Source: Patescibacteria group bacterium (GTDB taxonomy: Bacteria; Patescibacteriota; Minisyncoccia; Minisyncoccales; RBG-13-42-11). Taken from it: DNA of 64,000 bases. Each line of letters opens with the position of its first letter. The first letter of the stretch is position 1. The stretch covers positions 1,424-65,423 of the forward strand of contig DATKWJ010000005.1 in assembly GCA_035529635.1 (NCBI GenBank), written 5' to 3'. Under the pieces are notes generated by a model, which searched no databases, had not been told where the DNA came from, and saw only the letters and a list, made by a program, of their open reading frames with translations. Of the stretch, positions 9,870-17,601 are shown piece by piece. The position numbers and the translations under genes are program-made.

Positions 9870-10751
9870 ATGTTTAAGGGAAAAATCGGCATAATTACCG
9901 ACGAGGCGGCTGATCTGCCGGAAGAAATAATCGAGAAGCACCGGATAGCCGTGGTGCCGGTAAAATTATTCTGGCCGGAGATAGAAAATTTGCCGGGAGA
10001 AAACATTTTTCAAAAAATGAGGGAAATGGAAAAAAAAGGCATCAGCAGTTTCGGCAAAACTTCCCAGCCCTCGATGAAAGATTTTTTGGACAAATACGAT
10101 TCGCAGCTTGAGATATTTGAAAAGGTTTTGTGCTTCACCCTTACTTCGAAACTTTCCGGCACTTACAATTCAGCCGTTCAGGCCAAAAGGTTTTTGGCGG
10201 GGGACAGGCAAAACAGGGTTTTCGTCATTGATTCTTTAAGCGCCAGCGCCGGACAAGCCCTTTTGATTTTAAAGGCCATTGAATTGATTGAAAAAGGCAA
10301 AGAAGCGGAAGAAATTTTCAAAGAACTTTCGGAATCGGTTCCCAAAATTCATCTTCATATAATATTCGAGAATGCCAAATGGGTGGAGGCTTCGGGCAGA
10401 ATATCTCATTTAGTCGCCAATCTGATGAAAGGCATGGCCAAAATGGGCGTTCGTCCGGTTTTAACGTTTAAAGACGGTATTTTAGCGCCAGCCGGGTTGA
10501 AAACAGGAGCCAAAGACATAGCTGACGGGATTTTCAAACAGTTTGAATCAGACATGAAAAAATTAAGCATGCCGGATGAAGAAATTAAAGTAGTAATCAC
10601 CCATGGCGATGATATGGCCGGAGCCGAAAGATTAAAAGCAATTATTGAAAAGGATTATAAAAACGTTAAAATAGCTTTCATAAACATTTTAAATAACGTC
10701 GTAGGTTCTTTGACCGGGCCGAATACTTTGGTTTTAGCTTGGCTTGATTAG
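9870..10751 (+). CDS. DegV/FakB family fatty-acid-binding protein
   Basis: ITDEAADLP, KTSQPS, SKLSGTYNSA, IDS.SAS.G, GRI, TGP. Confidence 0.9.
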   Translation: MFKGKIGIITDEAADLPEEIIEKHRIAVVPVKLFWPEIENLPGENIFQKMREMEKKGISSFGKTSQPSMKDFLDKYDSQLEIFEKVLCFTLTSKLSGTYNSAVQAKRFLAGDRQNRVFVIDSLSASAGQALLILKAIELIEKGKEAEEIFKELSESVPKIHLHIIFENAKWVEASGRISHLVANLMKGMAKMGVRPVLTFKDGILAPAGLKTGAKDIADGIFKQFESDMKKLSMPDEEIKVVITHGDDMAGAERLKAIIEKDYKNVKIAFINILNNVVGSLTGPNTLVLAWLD

Positions 10752-10758
10752 ATTTTTT

Positions 10759-11499
10759 ATGTTTGACTATATTATTTTAGGAATCATTCAGGGAATCTTC
10801 GAATGGCTGCCGATTTCCAGCGAGGGAGTGGTGGCCATAGCCGGCCGGTTTTTAATTAAAGGAATTGATTCCCTGGAAACAGCTTTGTTTTTGCATTTGG
10901 GGACCGTCTTGGCGGTCTTGCTTTATTTCAGAAAAGATTGGCTGGAGATTTTAACGTTGAAAAACAAGGTTCTTTTCCGTTTCCTGGTTATTTCCACCAT
11001 TATCTCGGGAATTATCGGTCTCATCCTTTATAACAGTTTGATCAAGAATATGGCGGTGGGGGGCGGTTTGCTGCTGATAACCGGTTTCGGTTTGCTCTTT
11101 ACGGCTTATTTTCATAAGGCGAAAAGAACGGCTGACATCGGTTTCAATAAACTGCCGGTCATAACGGGTATCCTGCAGGGCTTGGCGGTGATTCCGGGTT
11201 TTTCGCGGTCCGGCGCCACGATTTTCGGCTTGAGTCTGGGAAAACTCAGTCCTGCCGAAATACTGAAAATTTCCTATCTAATGTCGGCGCCGGTTGTCTT
11301 AATGATGTCTCTTTATCTTTTTTGGCAAAATCCCGTTTTAATTCTTGAAACTTGGCCAGCTTTGATTTTCAGTTTTTTAGCGGGTTTCCTAACTTTGGAT
11401 TTTTTGCTTCGAGTAGCCGGCCGGATAGATTTTTTCAGATTCATTCTGCTTTTTGCCCTTTTCTGTTTTCTGGGAGCCGGTTTGGAATTTTTAATTTAA
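10759..11499 (+). CDS. uppP: Undecaprenyl-diphosphate phosphatase
   Basis: QGIFEWLPISSEG, PGFSRSGAT; start is ATG 10759 or TTG 10744. Confidence 0.9.
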   Translation: MFDYIILGIIQGIFEWLPISSEGVVAIAGRFLIKGIDSLETALFLHLGTVLAVLLYFRKDWLEILTLKNKVLFRFLVISTIISGIIGLILYNSLIKNMAVGGGLLLITGFGLLFTAYFHKAKRTADIGFNKLPVITGILQGLAVIPGFSRSGATIFGLSLGKLSPAEILKISYLMSAPVVLMMSLYLFWQNPVLILETWPALIFSFLAGFLTLDFLLRVAGRIDFFRFILLFALFCFLGAGLEFLI

Positions 11500-11534
11500 A
11501 AGGTCGATAATAAATTTAACGTTGCGAATAAAAT

Positions 11535-11816
11535 ATGTTGTCACAATTACCCATTAATCTCGGAAAAGTTAAAAAAGAGGATTTGGACAAGGAGATATTA
11601 AGATTGGGCATGATCGCCGAACTCGATGCGGTTTCCCTTTACGAACAGCTGGCCGCCATGACGGAAAATGAAAACATTAAGAAAGTGCTCTCGGACATTG
11701 CCAAAGAGGAAAAAACCCATATCGGGGAGTTCGAAACCCTGCTTTTTAAGGAAGATGAGGAACAGGTGAAGGAGTCGGCAGAAGGAAAAAAAGAAGTCGA
11801 AGAGTTAACGGAATAA
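11535..11816 (+). CDS. Small ferritin-like/rubrerythrin-family protein (EncFtn-like)
   Basis: AELDAVSLYEQ...IAKEEKTHIGEF. Confidence 0.85.
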   Translation: MLSQLPINLGKVKKEDLDKEILRLGMIAELDAVSLYEQLAAMTENENIKKVLSDIAKEEKTHIGEFETLLFKEDEEQVKESAEGKKEVEELTE

Positions 11817-11818
11817 TT

Positions 11819-11995
11819 ATGCTTAAAGTAAACAAAGAAAAATGCATCGGCTGCGGACTTTGCGTGACCCAGTGCGACGGCGGAACCGAACTTAAAGAAG
11901 ACGGCAAAGCCACAGTCATTGATTCTCAAAAATTGGAAGAGTGCGGAGGAAAAAAAATTTGCCCTTACGGAGCGATTGAAAAAATGGAAGATTAA
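11819..11995 (+). CDS. Ferredoxin, 58 aa
   Basis: Manual translation MLKVNKEKCIGCGLCVTQC...CPYGAI: CxxCxxCxxxC plus a CP motif; below the ORF-track cutoff. Confidence 0.9.
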   Translation: MLKVNKEKCIGCGLCVTQCDGGTELKEDGKATVIDSQKLEECGGKKICPYGAIEKMED

Positions 11996-12011
11996 TTTGT
12001 ATTCTCTAATG

Positions 12012-12058
12012 CAACCTCCAGAATTTTTCGCATTGAAAATGTCTGGAGGTTGTTGTTT
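12012..12058 (+). terminator. Intrinsic terminator
   Basis: CAACCTCCAGA...TCTGGAGGTTG followed by TTGTTT. Confidence 0.65.
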
Positions 12059-12092
12059 GGGATGCGGAAAATCTTGTTTTTTACAGGTAGAA

Positions 12093-12121
12093 TTGACCAT
12101 CTTTCCGGTTTAGGATAAAAT
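12093..12121 (+). promoter_or_regulatory. Sigma70 promoter of nrdD
   Basis: TTGACC, 17 nt, TAAAAT. Confidence 0.6.
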
Positions 12122-12159
12122 GTAATAATCAATATTTAATCAGATTTTTTTTATTCAAA

Positions 12160-14283
12160 ATGCCGCAAAAAACAATCATCAAAGTTAAAAAAAGAGACGG
12201 TACGGTCGTTGATTTCAACCAGTCAAAGATTACCAAGGCGATTTTTAAGGCCATTACCGTGACGGGCCGGGGAAACGGCAATCAGTCCCAAAAACTTTCC
12301 GATAAAGTGGTTCAAATCTTAGGCAGAAGATTCAAGAAAGACGAAATTCCCAATGTTGAACAGATTCAGGATATCGTCGAAGAAATTTTAATCTCGGAAG
12401 GATTAGCGGAAACAGCCAAATCTTATATTCTTTACCGGGAACAGAGGAGAAAAATCAGGGAAGCCGTGACGATTTCCGAAGAAGCAGTGGAAAGAATGGA
12501 CCAGTATCTGGAAAAACTCGACTGGGAAGTGCAGGAAAACGCCAACATGGCTTTTTCTTTGCAGGGATTAAATCACTATTCGGTTTCCTACATCGTCAAA
12601 AAATATTGGCTAAACAAAATTTATCCGGAAGAAATCAGACAGGCCAACGAATCAGGAGATTTCCATTTGCATAATCTGGATACCCTCGGCCCGTACTGCG
12701 CCGGCTGGGATTTGTACGACCTTTTGGTAAAAGGTTTTTGCGGGGTGCCGGGAAAAGTTGAAACGAAACCGGCCAAACACTTCAGGGCGGCTCTCGGCCA
12801 GCTGGTGAATTTCCTTTACACTCTTCAGGGCGAAGTGGCTGGCGCCGTGGCCGTTTCGAATTTCGATACCTTATTGGCCCCTTTCATCCGTTACGATAAT
12901 CTGAATTATCAGCAGGTCAAGCAGGCGTTCCAGGAATTTTTATTCAATATGGCGGTTCCTACCAGAGTCGGCTTTCAGTGTCCTTTTTCCAACGTTACTC
13001 TGGATTTGAAGCCTTCTCCGGTTTTCGCCAAACAGCCGGTCATCATCGGCGGCAAGTTCCAAAAAGAGACCTACGGCGAATTCGGGGAAGAAGTAAAAAT
13101 CTTCGACAAAGCTTTTTACGAAACGATATTGGAAGGAGACAAGTCCGGCCGGCCTTTTCATTTTCCCATTCCGACCATTAATATTACCAAGGATTTTCCC
13201 TGGGATGATCCCGCTTATAATGGCATCTTTGAGGCCTCGGCTAAATACGGAACAAATTATTTCGCCAACTACATAAATTCCGATATGAAGCCGGAAGACG
13301 TAAAATCAATGTGTTGCCGGCTCCGCCTTGACTTGACGGAACTTTACAATCGGGGCGGCGGGGGATTGTTCGGTTCGGGAAGCAAGACGGGCAGCATCGG
13401 CGTGGTGACGGTTAATCTGCCTAGAATCGGCTATCTTTCAAAAACAAAGAAGGAATTATTCGAAAGATTGGGAAGGGCGATGGATTTGGCCAAAGAAAGC
13501 TTGGAAATCAAAAGAAAAACAATAGAAAATTTCATTGAAAAAGGGCTGTATCCCTATTCCAGATTTTATTTGTCGGACGTTAAAAAAGCCAGAGGCGATT
13601 ATTATGCCAATCATTTTGCCACTATCGGTTTGGTCGGCATGAACGAAATGGCTTTGAATTTCATCGGCGGAAACATCGCCTCTAAAAAAGGAAGGAAATT
13701 CGCTTTGGAAGTTTTGGATTTTATGAGGGAAAAATTGGTTGAATATCAGGCCGAAACAGGCAATATTTACAATCTGGAGGCCACGCCGGCCGAATCAACG
13801 GCTTACCGGCTGGCTCTCAAAGACAAAGAGCAATATCCGGATATTGCCGCGGCCGGGACGAAAAAAGTTCCCTTTTACACCAATTCCAGCCATTTGCCGG
13901 TCAATTATACCACCGACGCTTTTGAAGCTTTGAAGCTCCAGGATGAATTGCAGTGCCGTTACAACGGCGGCACCGTCCTTCATCTTTTTCTGGGAGAACG
14001 GATTGATAACGTGCAAACGGTCAAAAATCTGGTTAAAAAAGTTTTTGAAAATTTTCATCTGCCTTATATTACTTTGACTCCAACTTTTTCCATTTGTCCG
14101 AGCCATGGCTATCTGGCAGGAGAGCATTTCTTTTGTCCGCAATGCACCATCAAACAGCCCTGCGAGGTTTATTCGAGGATAGTCGGTTATCTCCGGCCCG
14201 TGCGGCAGTGGAACGAAGGGAAACAGGAAGAATTTAAACAAAGGAAAGAATATAAATTGCCGAAATTCAAAGCGAAGGTGTAA
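12160..14283 (+). CDS. nrdD: Anaerobic (class III) ribonucleoside-triphosphate reductase with ATP-cone
   Basis: N-terminal VKKRDG ATP-cone; SMCCRL; EATPAES; YSRIVGYLRPV glycyl-radical motif. Confidence 0.95.
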   Translation: MPQKTIIKVKKRDGTVVDFNQSKITKAIFKAITVTGRGNGNQSQKLSDKVVQILGRRFKKDEIPNVEQIQDIVEEILISEGLAETAKSYILYREQRRKIREAVTISEEAVERMDQYLEKLDWEVQENANMAFSLQGLNHYSVSYIVKKYWLNKIYPEEIRQANESGDFHLHNLDTLGPYCAGWDLYDLLVKGFCGVPGKVETKPAKHFRAALGQLVNFLYTLQGEVAGAVAVSNFDTLLAPFIRYDNLNYQQVKQAFQEFLFNMAVPTRVGFQCPFSNVTLDLKPSPVFAKQPVIIGGKFQKETYGEFGEEVKIFDKAFYETILEGDKSGRPFHFPIPTINITKDFPWDDPAYNGIFEASAKYGTNYFANYINSDMKPEDVKSMCCRLRLDLTELYNRGGGGLFGSGSKTGSIGVVTVNLPRIGYLSKTKKELFERLGRAMDLAKESLEIKRKTIENFIEKGLYPYSRFYLSDVKKARGDYYANHFATIGLVGMNEMALNFIGGNIASKKGRKFALEVLDFMREKLVEYQAETGNIYNLEATPAESTAYRLALKDKEQYPDIAAAGTKKVPFYTNSSHLPVNYTTDAFEALKLQDELQCRYNGGTVLHLFLGERIDNVQTVKNLVKKVFENFHLPYITLTPTFSICPSHGYLAGEHFFCPQCTIKQPCEVYSRIVGYLRPVRQWNEGKQEEFKQRKEYKLPKFKAKV

Positions 14284-14298
14284 ACGCCAAGGCGTAAG

Positions 14299-14994
14299 AT
14301 GCAAATCGGCGGGCTTCAAAAAATAACTCTTATCGATTATCCCGGTAAAGTCGCTACCACGGTTTTTTTGACCGGTTGCAATTTTCGCTGTCCTTTTTGC
14401 TATTCTTCGGAATTGGTTTTGCCGGAAAAAATCAAGCGGCAGCCGATAATTTCCAGCCGGGATTTTTTCAAATTTTTGGAAAAAAGGAAAGGGCTGTTGG
14501 AAGGAGTCGTTATTTGCGGAGGAGAGCCGACTCTTAACGAGGATTTGCCTCAATTTTGCCGAAAGATAAAAAAACTCGGCTACTCGGTCAAGATCGACAC
14601 CAATGGTTCAAACCCGGAAATGCTGAAAAAACTGATTGAAAGCGGCTTGGCGGATTATATTGCCATGGATATTAAAGCCCCCAAAGAGGAGTACGATGAA
14701 TCCGCCGGAGTTAAAGTCGATGTGGAAAAAATCCAAAAAAGCATAGATATTTTAAAGGAAGGCAAGGTGGATTATGAATTCAGAAGCACTATCGTGCCCG
14801 GGCTCCATACTAAGGAAGACGTTATCAGTATGGCAGAATGGCTTAAAGGCGCTAAAAAGTACTTACTTCAAGATTTCCGGCCGGAAAAAACCTTAAATCC
14901 CGAATTTGAAAAAATAAAGTCCCTGCCTAAAGAGTTTCTTTTGGAAATAAAAGAAAAAATAGCCGGATATTTCGAAATTTGCGAAGTAAGATAG
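14299..14994 (+). CDS. nrdG: Class III RNR activating enzyme (radical SAM)
   Basis: DYPG...GCNFRCPFC, GGEPT, DTNGS; directly after nrdD. Confidence 0.93.
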   Translation: MQIGGLQKITLIDYPGKVATTVFLTGCNFRCPFCYSSELVLPEKIKRQPIISSRDFFKFLEKRKGLLEGVVICGGEPTLNEDLPQFCRKIKKLGYSVKIDTNGSNPEMLKKLIESGLADYIAMDIKAPKEEYDESAGVKVDVEKIQKSIDILKEGKVDYEFRSTIVPGLHTKEDVISMAEWLKGAKKYLLQDFRPEKTLNPEFEKIKSLPKEFLLEIKEKIAGYFEICEVR

Positions 14995-15107
14995 GTTTTA
15001 CTGCATTCAGTTCGCCTATTGACTAAAATTTGTGCTTAAATTAAGCTAAATTAAACTGTGGATAAAGGTCGGTTGTGAAAATTTAATTTCCAAATCTTTA
15101 AATTATT

Positions 15108-15263
15108 ATGGAAGGATACTGCGTTAAATGTAAAAAGAAACAGGAAATAAAGGACGAAAAAGAAGTGGCCATGAAAGGAAAAGGCGGGGTAAAGAGAAGG
15201 GCCATGACCGGAACTTGCCCTAAATGCGGAACCAAGATGTTCAGGATTATGGGTAAGGCCTAA
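15108..15263 (+). CDS. Small zinc-ribbon protein (DUF5679-like), 51 aa
   Basis: MEGYCVKCKKK...GTCPKCGTKMFRIMGKA; own promoter (TTGACT 15019, 17 nt, TAAGCT) and terminator. Confidence 0.85.
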   Translation: MEGYCVKCKKKQEIKDEKEVAMKGKGGVKRRAMTGTCPKCGTKMFRIMGKA

Positions 15264-15281
15264 AGCTTTCCGTAAACCTTT

Positions 15282-15319
15282 AACTTCCCCTGCTAATTAT
15301 TTGGCAGGGGAGTTTTTTT
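15282..15319 (+). terminator. Intrinsic terminator
   Basis: AACTTCCCCTGCTAA...TTGGCAGGGGAGTT followed by a T-run. Confidence 0.75.
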
Positions 15320-15334
15320 AGGTAAAATAAACGA

Positions 15335-16204
15335 ATGCTTGAATTCAAGAAGAAAATAGTTTTTTACGTTTTGGCCTTCTTGTTTTTTTCCAATATTCTG
15401 GCTTGGCTGGCTGTTTATGATTTAAGCCAAGCCGCTTCTTTGGCAGTGGTTTTTTTCGATGTCGGCCAGGGAGACAGTATTTTCATTGAAACGCCGGAAG
15501 GCAATAGGATTTTGATCGACGGCGGGCCGGATTCAAAAGTTTTGGAAAAACTGGCTGAGAATTCTCCTTTCTGGGATAAAACGATTGATTTGATGATACT
15601 GACTCATCCGGACAGCGACCATTTGGCCGGACTGCTGGAAGTTTTGGAAAGTTATAAAGTTGAGAATATTCTTTGGACCGGGGTTATGGCGGAAACGGCT
15701 GATTTCAGGAAATGGGAGAATCTGATTGAACAGGAAAACGCCGGAACTTATCTGGCTCGAGCCGGGCAGAAGATAATCATCGGCCAGGAAGCGATTTTAA
15801 AGGTTTTATATCCTTTTGAAGATTTGGCCGGCCGTTCCGTCAAAAATATCAACGATACTTCAATCGTCTTAAGATTGGATTTTTCGGAAATTTCTTTTTT
15901 GTTTGTCGGCGATGCCGGCAAATCAGCGGAGAAAGAATTGATAGGACGGGAAATCGATATGAATGCCGATGTCTTGAAAGTCGGCCATCACGGCAGCAAG
16001 ACAGTAACCTCGGAAGAATTCGTCAGGGGAGTTTCGCCGGACACAGCCGTGATTTCCGTCGGGGAAAGCAATAAATATAACCATCCTCACCCGGAGACTT
16101 TGGAGCTTTTGCAAAAATATGGTATAAGTATTTTCAGGACGGATTTAAACGGCGATATTAAAATTTTTTCTAACGGTAAAAATTATGCAATTTCCGATTT
16201 TTAA
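15335..16204 (+). CDS. ComEC/Rec2-type metallo-beta-lactamase-fold protein
   Basis: DVGQGDS, LIDGG, THPDSDH, KVGHHGS, HPHPE, RTD..G; N-terminal TM. Confidence 0.9.
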   Translation: MLEFKKKIVFYVLAFLFFSNILAWLAVYDLSQAASLAVVFFDVGQGDSIFIETPEGNRILIDGGPDSKVLEKLAENSPFWDKTIDLMILTHPDSDHLAGLLEVLESYKVENILWTGVMAETADFRKWENLIEQENAGTYLARAGQKIIIGQEAILKVLYPFEDLAGRSVKNINDTSIVLRLDFSEISFLFVGDAGKSAEKELIGREIDMNADVLKVGHHGSKTVTSEEFVRGVSPDTAVISVGESNKYNHPHPETLELLQKYGISIFRTDLNGDIKIFSNGKNYAISDF

Positions 16205-17255
16205 AACAAAAATTCCGAAAATAAAGAAAACTTTCAATTTGAACGATCCCAAGGAAAGGGAAAAGTATTTCAATTTGAAAGCCGGCCGGGAAATAAAGAA
16301 ATTAAGAAGCTATTTCAGGAAGGGCAATACTTTCGTGGCTTATTTGCTGGGTAAAAAGAATTCTGGCAAAGGGACTTACGCCAAAATGTTTTCCGAAATC
16401 GTCGACCCGCAAAGAATCGATCATTTTTCCATCGGCGACATGATTCGGAGCGTTGACAAAGAGCTAAAAGATAAAAAAAGAAAAAAAGAACTCGTTGAAT
16501 TTTTGAAAAAAAATTACCGGGGCTGGTTTTCGATTGAAAAATTAATCTCCCTTTTAGAAACAAGAAGCACCGCCACTCCGCTTTTGCCGACGGAATTGAT
16601 TCTGGCTTTGGTTAAAAGGGAAATAGCCAAAAGAAAAAAGAAAACCGTTTTTGTCGACGGTTTTCCCAGGGATCTGGACCAGATAAATTTCGCTTTGTTT
16701 TTCAGGGACTTGATCGGTTACCGGGACGACGCCGATTTTTTCGTTTTGATTGACGTGCCGGAAAAGGTGATTGACGAAAGAATAAAATCCCGGGTGATTT
16801 GTCCTCTCTGTCAGACTTCCAGAAATTTGAAATTGCTGCCCACTTCGAAAATAGGTTATGACGGAAAAAGAAAAGAATTTTATCTGCTTTGCGACAATCC
16901 TCAATGTAGAGAAATTAGAATGGTCCGCAAGGAAGGGGATGAAGCAGGCATCAAGCCGATTAAGAAACGGCTGGAGAAAGACGGAAAATTGATAAATCAG
17001 GCCCTTTCCCTTTTCGGAATTCCCAAAGTTCTTCTGAGAAATTCCTTGCCTAAAAAGTTGGCTTTAAGTCTTGTCGACGATTACGAGATTACGCCGGAAT
17101 ACTATTACGAATGGAACGAGAAAGAAAAGAAAGCGATTGTCAAAGAAAAGTTTTGGTCTTTTCCGGACGACGAAGGAGAGTCTTCTTACAGTCTCTTGCC
17201 GCCGCCGGTAGTCGTTTCCCTGATAAAGCAGATTGCTGATATTTTGAATCTTTAA
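16185..17255 (+). CDS. Extended adenylate-kinase-family protein
   Basis: LGKKNSGKGT P-loop, SIGDMIR, DGFPR, LID CPLC...CDNPQC; long terminal extensions. Confidence 0.75.
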   Translation: MQFPIFKTKIPKIKKTFNLNDPKEREKYFNLKAGREIKKLRSYFRKGNTFVAYLLGKKNSGKGTYAKMFSEIVDPQRIDHFSIGDMIRSVDKELKDKKRKKELVEFLKKNYRGWFSIEKLISLLETRSTATPLLPTELILALVKREIAKRKKKTVFVDGFPRDLDQINFALFFRDLIGYRDDADFFVLIDVPEKVIDERIKSRVICPLCQTSRNLKLLPTSKIGYDGKRKEFYLLCDNPQCREIRMVRKEGDEAGIKPIKKRLEKDGKLINQALSLFGIPKVLLRNSLPKKLALSLVDDYEITPEYYYEWNEKEKKAIVKEKFWSFPDDEGESSYSLLPPPVVVSLIKQIADILNL

Positions 17256-17263
17256 GCGATTCC

Positions 17264-17293
17264 TTGACACCTTTTTTTCGTCGGATATATAAT
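17264..17293 (+). promoter_or_regulatory. Sigma70 promoter of the ncRNA
   Basis: TTGACA, 18 nt, TATAAT. Confidence 0.75.
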
Positions 17294-17298
17294 AAAGA

Positions 17299-17432
17299 CG
17301 GCTCCGTTCTTTTAGTTAGTTCTGGTACAAAAGTTCTTATGGGGAATTTAAAATGATTCCGCTGCTGTGGCAGAGGACTGAAATTCCCACTTATAATTTT
17401 TTTCCAAGACACTTCCTAAAAAACGGAGCTGC
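17299..17432 (+). ncRNA. Rod-shaped small RNA, 6S RNA-like
   Basis: 5' CGGCTCCGTT(c)TTTTAG pairs with 3' CTAAAAAACGGAGCTG; inner GGGAATTT/AAATTCCC; apical CTGC-tgtg-GCAG; promoter and terminator present, no plausible ORF. Confidence 0.65.
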
Positions 17433-17462
17433 CAAAAAACCGCCCTTGAGGCGGATTTTTGT
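17433..17462. repeat. 30-bp hairpin repeat, copy 1 (bidirectional terminator-like)
   Basis: CAAAAAACCGCCCTTGAGGCGGATTTTTGT, identical to 24077-24106. Confidence 0.85.
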
Positions 17463-17601
17463 CTAAATTAGTCACATTTATGAATCGGGCGGGATTCAAT
17501 CCGCGAAATCATCGGGATTTCGCTTAAAAGTCGTTCTAATTTTATCACAAACACCGCCGTTTTATATTTTCAAATCATTGAAATTTTGTTATTATTAACT
17601 A

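Noticed and set aside
12160-14283. Intein or intron in nrdD or gyrB
   Set aside because: The ORFs are continuous, of normal length, and show no splicing motifs.
13795-14553. Long antisense ORFs (also 37350-38111, 54130-54879, 30796-31392, 61689-62306)
   Set aside because: They are shadows of well-supported plus-strand genes and show no recognisable motifs.
15057-15065. Replication origin
   Set aside because: Only one DnaA box, with no cluster and no dnaA or dnaN nearby.
17299-17432. SRP RNA, tmRNA or riboswitch
   Set aside because: No SRP helix-8 motif, no tRNA-like ends, too short for tmRNA, and the next gene has its own promoter.
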